Assembly: GCA_016927245.1 (NCBI GenBank) | Contig: JAFGNA010000010.1 | Location: 9,894-73,893, forward strand | Direction of reading: 5' to 3' | From: Candidatus Woesearchaeota archaeon | GTDB lineage: Archaea > Nanobdellota > Nanobdellia > Woesearchaeales > WJKR01 | DNA: 64,000 nt | Shown here: positions 60,383 to 64,000 of the stretch, one piece after another | How positions within the stretch are numbered: position 1 is the stretch's first letter | Layout of the letters: the number at the start of each line of letters is the position of its first letter | Notes under the pieces: model-generated | Databases searched by the model: none | Told to the model about the DNA's origin: nothing | Seen by the model: only the letters and a program-made list of their open reading frames with translations | Translations under genes and position numbers: made by a program

Positions 60383-63300
60383 TCACCGCGGATACACCTT
60401 GATGTTCCTGAACCTGGCCACGGCGCCGTCAGCCCATAGGTAGTCATCAGCGCCGTCATGCACCTGCAACGCTATCTTGCCCGTTGAGGACAGCCTCGTC
60501 TGGGTGTCCTGGTACTCGTGCACTTTCCAGCCGTTGATCCATGTAGTAATCTTTACAGGATTGCCCTCTACTCGTACGCGGAACTGGTTCCAGTCATGCT
60601 CCTTCCAGATGTACGACCACGCGTCCATGTCAAATGCTGGTGTGTCGCCCCACCTGCTCGGCTGTATCTCGTCCTCGTCCTTGATCTCGAAGTCCCACAC
60701 ACCGGTGTCGCCGATGCCGGAAAGCCAGATGCCGCCTATCGGGTTGTTCGGTTGGTAGTCGATGGTGACTTGGTACCCTTTGCCGTCGTCAGTCGCCCGT
60801 ACGTACAGGCCCGTGTCCACGCTGTAGTCAGGCCAGGCATCAAAGACGACTTCGTAGTCGCTAAATGATTGCGTGCTGATGAGCTCTCCGCCGTTGCCTC
60901 CTTGTTGGCGAGCCACTATCATATCCCCTCTCGTCTCCCAGTACGCGCCTCCTCGTTGCGTCCAACCATTGTTGATGTTGGAGGAGAGCCTGATGCCTGC
61001 TGATGGTTGGGTGATTGCTTGGTTCTCGTAGTAGTCTGCGTGCGCGACCCCTCCGAGGATGTTGTGGCCTGCCTCAGGGTTCCATACCTTGCTGATGATG
61101 TCGATGTCCCCATCCTGGTCGACGTCCTTGAAGATGGAATCATGCCCGCCGAGCCCGATGTCGAAGAGGAGGTGTTCCTCCCACCCGCTTCCGGTGTTCG
61201 TCCAGACGTACCACGCCGTGCTTCCCACGTTCAGGTCCTCTTGCTCAGCGGTGACTATCTCGAGGCTGCCGTCCATGTTCAGGTCACCGACGAAGAGGCT
61301 GTGCAACGAGCCCCGCCTGCCAATAAGAGTTTTCGGCAATAGTTCCAGCGTGAAGTCGCCGTTGCCGTTGTTCTTGAGTATGCCTCCTCTGCTGTCCACG
61401 TCATCACACTCAGTGAAGACGATGTCATCATCGCCGTCATTGTCGATGTCGATGATGAACGAGCGCGTCGCCTTGCCGTATGGCAGGCTCCCTGTGAACA
61501 AGACGCCGGTGTGGTCTTCGGTGTGCCGGGTGAAGGAGGCGCCGTTGTTCCTGTTCTCGTACCACGCGACCGTCCCCCAGACATCGTTGTCCCCATCGCC
61601 GTCAAGATCCCCTATCCCTATCGGGGATACCGCTGCGTGGAGCTCGTTGCCCTGGCTCTTCCATGCCGGCAGGTTGGGCTCTACGTCGTGCCTCGTCCAG
61701 GTCCCTCGTAGGTTGGTGGTGAAGTCGTACCAGTAAGAGCCGTAGTTCGCGCTCCAACCGATGACGTCCAGGACACCATCATTGTTCATGTCCGCCATGG
61801 TGACGTCGTGGAACTCGTGGTAGTACTGCATGTTCGGGTCGTAGCGGCGTTCGGTGAAGGTGCCGTCCCGGTCATTCTCATACCACACGCCCGCACTGAT
61901 GATATCTTCCCACCCGTCGCCGTCCACGTCGTAGTCGGCGGCGCCGAGGCTGTTCGAGGGGATGGTGCTCGCGATGGTGCGCCTTGTCCATTCCCCGCTG
62001 CCGTCGTTCTCGTACCAATACATGCCTGTCGGCGAGTAACGGGAGCCGATGGTGAAGTCCAGGTCGCCGTCGTTGTCATAGTCGCTCGCCGTCTGCACGC
62101 CGTTGCCGGTTTCCGTGATGAGGTTGCTGGTGATGTAGTGGTGCGTGAAGTCGAAGTCCGTGCTGACCGCTCCTCCTCCGCCTAGCCAGCAGTCCCATCC
62201 GGAGAAGGTTCCTCCTTCAGGCACGGCGACTATGGTGGCCCGTATCTCCAACGGGAAGTATTGGTATTGGTATTCCGGGCAGCCAGTTCCCCACGTGCTG
62301 AGCTGGCAGAACGGGTTGGTCTTCCACGTCGCGAAGCCGTAGCGGTCGAGCTGTCCTATCTGCGTCCAGTCCACTCCGCCGTACGTGGTGTGCTTCCACC
62401 AGTCGTGCGGCGAGGTGTCATGGACGGAGACCCCTGGTCCTGCGAAGGTGATCCGCGATTCCACGTCTTCGCTCATGTCACCATCGTTGTCGATGTCTTT
62501 CTGCCACATGACGAACGAGATGTCTCCTTGGTTGTTAGTGGGTTGGCTGAGCACTTCGTATCGGGTGTAGAACCTGCCGTCATAGTAATCATAGGGCGTT
62601 CTCCAATTGCTCGGCCAGCCAGCGGGTATCGTCTTCCACCACCAGAAGCCGTTGCCGCCGTGTGCTGAGTCAGTGCTCGATGGTATGGTGAAGGTCTCGT
62701 CCAGTACGAGGAGTTCTCCGGGGTTGCTCTGGCAGGAAGTGCTCCCGCCGCCGAAGTCCCCTTGGGGCTCTCCCATCCCGTAGATGTCCTGTACTTCTGC
62801 CTGGGACAATGCGGTGTCGTATATCCTGACGTCGTCGAGGTAGCCGTCCCACGGCCTGCTCCCGGTGGTGGGCGGGTTGTCGCCTATCCAGGCCGCCGCC
62901 GTCGAGCTCGTGATAGTGCCGGTCTTCGCCGTGCTGCCTACTTGCGCGCCGTCCTTGTACAGCCGCATGTACTGCCCGTCGTACACAGCGGCGACGTGGA
63001 ACCAGTCATCGTTGATGATGTTCCCGCTGCTCGCGACGAGCGTGCTTGTCGTCCCTCCTGCCTTCAGCCGGAATCGCAGCTTTGGCCCGTTCTCGTTCCA
63101 GGTGCCGACCATCCAGTAGTGGTCTTGTTCTGCCGTCCCGGTTGCTTTGCTGACGATGCGGCAGTCCTGGTATGTGCCGCAGTTATTGACGTCTCTCGTC
63201 CTCGCCCAGGCAGCGATGGTCATCTGCTCCCCTGGGATGTTCATGGTGCCGATGCTGACATGATCGTTGTTGCCGTCGAGTTCGAGGACTCCTTGGGTGA

Positions 63301-64000
63301 TGGTGCCGCCGTACAGGGTGCCGTCGTTGCTGCCGGCGACGTCCGGCACGCTCGTCCCTGACACGCTGTCGAACGTGTACCTCGCCAGCAATCCTTCTAC
63401 TGGTTGTGCGGTCTCACAGTGGCCGTTGTTGCAGGTGCCGTCGCACGAGCCGCAGTTGAGCGTGCTGCTGCACCCGTCGCTCCACGTGCCGCAGTCGTAA
63501 CCGAGCGCTGCGCATGTCGTCGGCGTGCACGTCCCGCCGCCTTGGTAGAGTTGTTGGACCTCGCTCGCCGTCAACGCCCTGTCGAAGATGATGACGTCGT
63601 CGATGATGCCGTCCCATGGCTTGCTGTTCACGATAGGGGGGTTGTCGCCTATCCATACTTGCGCTCCGCTTGTCGTGATGGTGCCGGTCTTCGCGAGCTT
63701 GCCGGTCTCGGCGCCGTTTTTGTAGAGCCTCATGTACTGCCCGTCATACACGGCGGTGACGTGCACCCATTCGTTGTTGCTGACCGGGCTGGTGATGAGC
63801 GTTCCCGTGTCGCCGTTCGTCTTGAGCCTGAACCGGAGACGTGTCGTTCCTGACTCGTACCATGTGCTGATCATCCATTCATGGTCTTCCTCTTGGATGC
63901 CTGTCGCTTTGCTGATGATGCGGCAGTCGCTGTCCGGGCAGTTCGCGAGGTCTGCTGCCTTGAACCACGCGGCGATGGTCAGCTCGTCTCCTGAGATGGA
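60383..64000 (-). CDS. large secreted protein, 5'-partial: LamG repeats + FG-GAP/VCBS repeats + C-terminal DUF1080-like domain
   Basis: The frame stays open to the window end; residues upstream of the track Met read …SGDELTIAAWFKAADLANCPDSDCRIISKATG…, repeating the next LamG unit. FG-GAP-like motifs include DYDNDGDLDF, DYDVDGDGWEDI, DMNNDGVLDV, GDLDGDGDNDV, DIDNDGDDDIVF, GDLNMDGSLEI and DVDQDGDIDI. The C-terminus GW…F.DYE(V)…D.G(L)Y(V)R……NQFRVRVEGN.(V)…(I)NG……G.IALQ.H…V.FRNI(K)V is DUF1080-like. Confidence 0.85.
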   Translation of the reverse strand, partial: SISGDELTIAAWFKAADLANCPDSDCRIISKATGIQEEDHEWMISTWYESGTTRLRFRLKTNGDTGTLITSPVSNNEWVHVTAVYDGQYMRLYKNGAETGKLAKTGTITTSGAQVWIGDNPPIVNSKPWDGIIDDVIIFDRALTASEVQQLYQGGGTCTPTTCAALGYDCGTWSDGCSSTLNCGSCDGTCNNGHCETAQPVEGLLARYTFDSVSGTSVPDVAGSNDGTLYGGTITQGVLELDGNNDHVSIGTMNIPGEQMTIAAWARTRDVNNCGTYQDCRIVSKATGTAEQDHYWMVGTWNENGPKLRFRLKAGGTTSTLVASSGNIINDDWFHVAAVYDGQYMRLYKDGAQVGSTAKTGTITSSTAAAWIGDNPPTTGSRPWDGYLDDVRIYDTALSQAEVQDIYGMGEPQGDFGGGSTSCQSNPGELLVLDETFTIPSSTDSAHGGNGFWWWKTIPAGWPSNWRTPYDYYDGRFYTRYEVLSQPTNNQGDISFVMWQKDIDNDGDMSEDVESRITFAGPGVSVHDTSPHDWWKHTTYGGVDWTQIGQLDRYGFATWKTNPFCQLSTWGTGCPEYQYQYFPLEIRATIVAVPEGGTFSGWDCWLGGGGAVSTDFDFTHHYITSNLITETGNGVQTASDYDNDGDLDFTIGSRYSPTGMYWYENDGSGEWTRRTIASTIPSNSLGAADYDVDGDGWEDIISAGVWYENDRDGTFTERRYDPNMQYYHEFHDVTMADMNNDGVLDVIGWSANYGSYWYDFTTNLRGTWTRHDVEPNLPAWKSQGNELHAAVSPIGIGDLDGDGDNDVWGTVAWYENRNNGASFTRHTEDHTGVLFTGSLPYGKATRSFIIDIDNDGDDDIVFTECDDVDSRGGILKNNGNGDFTLELLPKTLIGRRGSLHSLFVGDLNMDGSLEIVTAEQEDLNVGSTAWYVWTNTGSGWEEHLLFDIGLGGHDSIFKDVDQDGDIDIISKVWNPEAGHNILGGVAHADYYENQAITQPSAGIRLSSNINNGWTQRGGAYWETRGDMIVARQQGGNGGELISTQSFSDYEVVFDAWPDYSVDTGLYVRATDDGKGYQVTIDYQPNNPIGGIWLSGIGDTGVWDFEIKDEDEIQPSRWGDTPAFDMDAWSYIWKEHDWNQFRVRVEGNPVKITTWINGWKVHEYQDTQTRLSSTGKIALQVHDGADDYLWADGAVARFRNIKVYPR

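Overview
Archaeal chromosomal segment, moderately GC-rich by eye. The core information-processing genes are clear: proteasome-activating nucleotidase (PAN), Trm5-type tRNA methyltransferase, FEN-1, tRNA-splicing endonuclease EndA, RNase Z, Hjc resolvase, aMBF1, aNAC, Sec61-beta and archaeal MinD. An RNase P RNA lies at 59914-60274 (minus) under spurious ORFs. Most core genes have a BRE/TATA box 22-25 nt upstream of the ATG, which implies leaderless mRNAs; a few use a GGAGG-type Shine-Dalgarno instead. Four accessory blocks stand out. (i) 3.7-22.1 kb holds 24 consecutive minus-strand ORFs with almost no recognisable homology. It is headed by a HerA/VirB4-class P-loop ATPase plus a coiled-coil partner. 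It is rich in small membrane, secreted and lipobox proteins and includes a protein whose C-terminus looks like a bacterial outer-membrane beta-barrel, a SiaC/DUF1987-like protein, a receiver-domain protein and a non-canonical tRNA-like cloverleaf. This is my best candidate for an undescribed envelope, transfer or secretion-type system, or a mobile-element remnant. (ii) 26.4-41.3 kb starts with an A-rich intergenic region carrying degenerate tandem start-codon mimics. A protein made of tandem HTH repeats follows, and 3 nt later a 4,579-aa sequon-dense mosaic surface protein. That giant protein carries a compositionally foreign LamG domain nested inside one of its Ig-like repeats. (iii) 47.4-53.7 kb is a translationally coupled glycosylation cluster: three GT-C-like membrane proteins, a GT2 and a membrane thioredoxin-like protein. 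(iv) 60.4-64.0 kb is a 5'-truncated LamG/FG-GAP/DUF1080 surface protein. A 1.25-kb ORF-poor region (43.05-44.29 kb) contains a promoter- and terminator-bounded candidate ncRNA that I could not identify. No CRISPR array, rRNA, canonical tRNA, integrase or transposase was seen. All functional calls rest on motif recognition by eye; no database search was run.
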